Positions 63,601 through 64,000 of a stretch of DNA of 64,000 nt are shown here, piece by piece; within the stretch, counting starts at the first letter, position 1; each line of letters opens with the position of its first letter. The stretch lies in contig CAWDOD010000002.1 in assembly GCA_963803805.1 (NCBI GenBank), forward strand, positions 576,001 to 640,000, read 5' to 3'. Origin of the DNA: an uncultured cyanobacterium. GTDB lineage: Bacteria; Cyanobacteriota; Cyanobacteriia; Cyanobacteriales; CAWCAG01. A program made the translations under genes and the position numbers. The notes beneath the pieces were generated by a model. The model was not told the DNA's origin and did not search any database. It worked only from the letters and a program-made list of their open reading frames with translations.

Positions 63601-64000
63601 TAGAAGCTGTCCACGCTCCCCGTGCATCCCCGCCAACTGAGTTTGGCTAGTAGTTTGGGCTTCCGCTTGGGATTGGTTTAAGGTTTCGCTTTCCTGCTGG
63701 CGATATGCTGCTGGGGCTTCTTGTGTATTAGTCTTGAGTTCATTCTTTGCATCCAGTGCGGCTGTAAACTGAGGTTCATTGGCTTTGGCAAGCTGTTCAT
63801 CGGTGATGTTAGCATTAGCCATCTCCTGGTCTATTTCTTGAGAGTTGGCATTTAAAGGGGCAGCTACTTCTGCTTCAGACTTTGGTTTCGGTACTGCTTT
63901 GGTGGCATCAACACCTTGAGGCTGTGTACCGGCAGGGGGAGATTGTAAAGGTTGGGAGGTTTTTGGTTCGATGCCACTGGTATCAGGTGGGGCTGCTGTT
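60637..64000 (-). CDS. Large polymorphic-toxin-type protein with C-terminal ADP-ribosyltransferase domain (5' end outside window)
   Basis: Frame stays open from 63822 to the window edge. Coiled-coil, then hydrophobic helical region, then GEGHRL...MVAS linker, then YRG / FISTS / EAE motifs. Confidence 0.82.
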   Translation of the reverse strand, partial: TAAPPDTSGIEPKTSQPLQSPPAGTQPQGVDATKAVPKPKSEAEVAAPLNANSQEIDQEMANANITDEQLAKANEPQFTAALDAKNELKTNTQEAPAAYRQQESETLNQSQAEAQTTSQTQLAGMHGERGQLLGQVMGQQQTAKSQDEQKRSEVATHINSIYTTTKTDVETILSGIDTEVTSKFDTAAGAAKGKFESHVKEKMAVWEKERYGEWYDVTGWDERLSDAVVGLPPEVNQYFVEGKQLYIDEMDIALTDIANFVAQKLNEAKQRISEGKQQIKDYVAKLPQSLQQVGEQAAQDIQSQFEQLEQSVDSKQDELIDSLAQQYSNSIQEVNSRIQEMQAANRGFFDKAKDAIVGTAQTIMQLKDMLMGVLGKAAGAIGNIILDPIGFLGNLVSGVKQGFNNFVGNILPHLKKGLIGWLTGTMAKSGIQMPESFDLKGIFTLVMQVLGLAYDSIKSRTIKALGKNGERIFDGLEKTFDIFIIFKNEGLAGLWQFVQDKIGDLKEMVLGTIQNFVIETVIKQGVLWVISLLNPASAFVKACKMIYDVIMFFIERGSQIVDLVHAVMDSVTAIASGAIGGAASLIENALSKSLPVVISFMASLLGLGGISDKIKDIIGKLKAPIDKAIEWLIAQAVKFAKKIGKKLGFGKGDGKNKKNKEGAESPDEGEGEQLEDSEVGKTVTFSAAGEGHRLWIKTQGTATEVMVASTPTPVEAKLNDWQGRLDSLSEEDKVKAQGLLATARQQLDTTEQSANKTAQEMQEAKQDSANEAAINEAEAADNQTETAEQTLSDTLQQLFEIFDEQDSPLKGALAAYRGIHFQASWDEEKYKEEVSKAANDIVGQPEFSQATQEVAKSLSDEENPSIDELESAAAIVQHELEALKTREALELNTHPDKLNQKAQKQALRRLIKSGINNPTQEQLQEEVETIKREMLSSPDSNYMKPITRGSEGKGTKKGFENKFYVAIHQYVNNKKQFILELSKLNMGRYEGLEFTKIPFISTSKDSVEAAKYAFGKAQDKSNIREQGIVGRIFVYLFSIEEQAKQGVLNIELLHKENKISRSDRLINEAEVAFTGSIPGKNIIGYHDAKDNQTPQLLGGLAQKTAKDKAVAMGGLREWDA

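Noticed and set aside
59290-64000. Apparent absence of HIP1 as evidence of horizontal acquisition
   Set aside because: At the density seen elsewhere only one or two sites are expected in 4.7 kb, so absence is not informative.

Overview
This is a 64-kb chromosomal segment of a cyanobacterium: HIP1 GCGATCGC octamers are frequent, and it carries PEP-CTERM proteins, a Tab2-family gene and cyaC. It is mostly housekeeping: folB, cobN, potA/D/B, mrdA, ftsH, gatB, hisC, fabD, tig-clpP-clpX, asd-dapA-rnj and a tRNA-Tyr/tRNA-Thr pair. It also holds a PRC-barrel/DUF2382/BON stress cluster and a cAMP/c-di-GMP signalling pair. Four items stand out. (1) At the right edge, a >1100-aa polymorphic-toxin-type protein ends in an R-S-E ADP-ribosyltransferase domain. 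It overlaps an unknown immunity-like gene, which is followed by a DUF6939-type protein carrying NADAR-like motifs: a candidate exported ART 'writer' with an 'eraser'. (2) Between gatB and a DEP-domain gene lie three short, separately promoted sRNA-like units sharing a GTAGAT(G/T)CA 5' end, reminiscent of NsiR1. (3) A complete IS982 with a 6-bp target duplication interrupts msrA. (4) A YidD domain is fused to a long unknown region with a Cys-Gly repeat tail. At least six small frameshifts, including in gatB and tig, suggest indel errors in the assembly. All family assignments come from motif recognition by eye; no database search was run.
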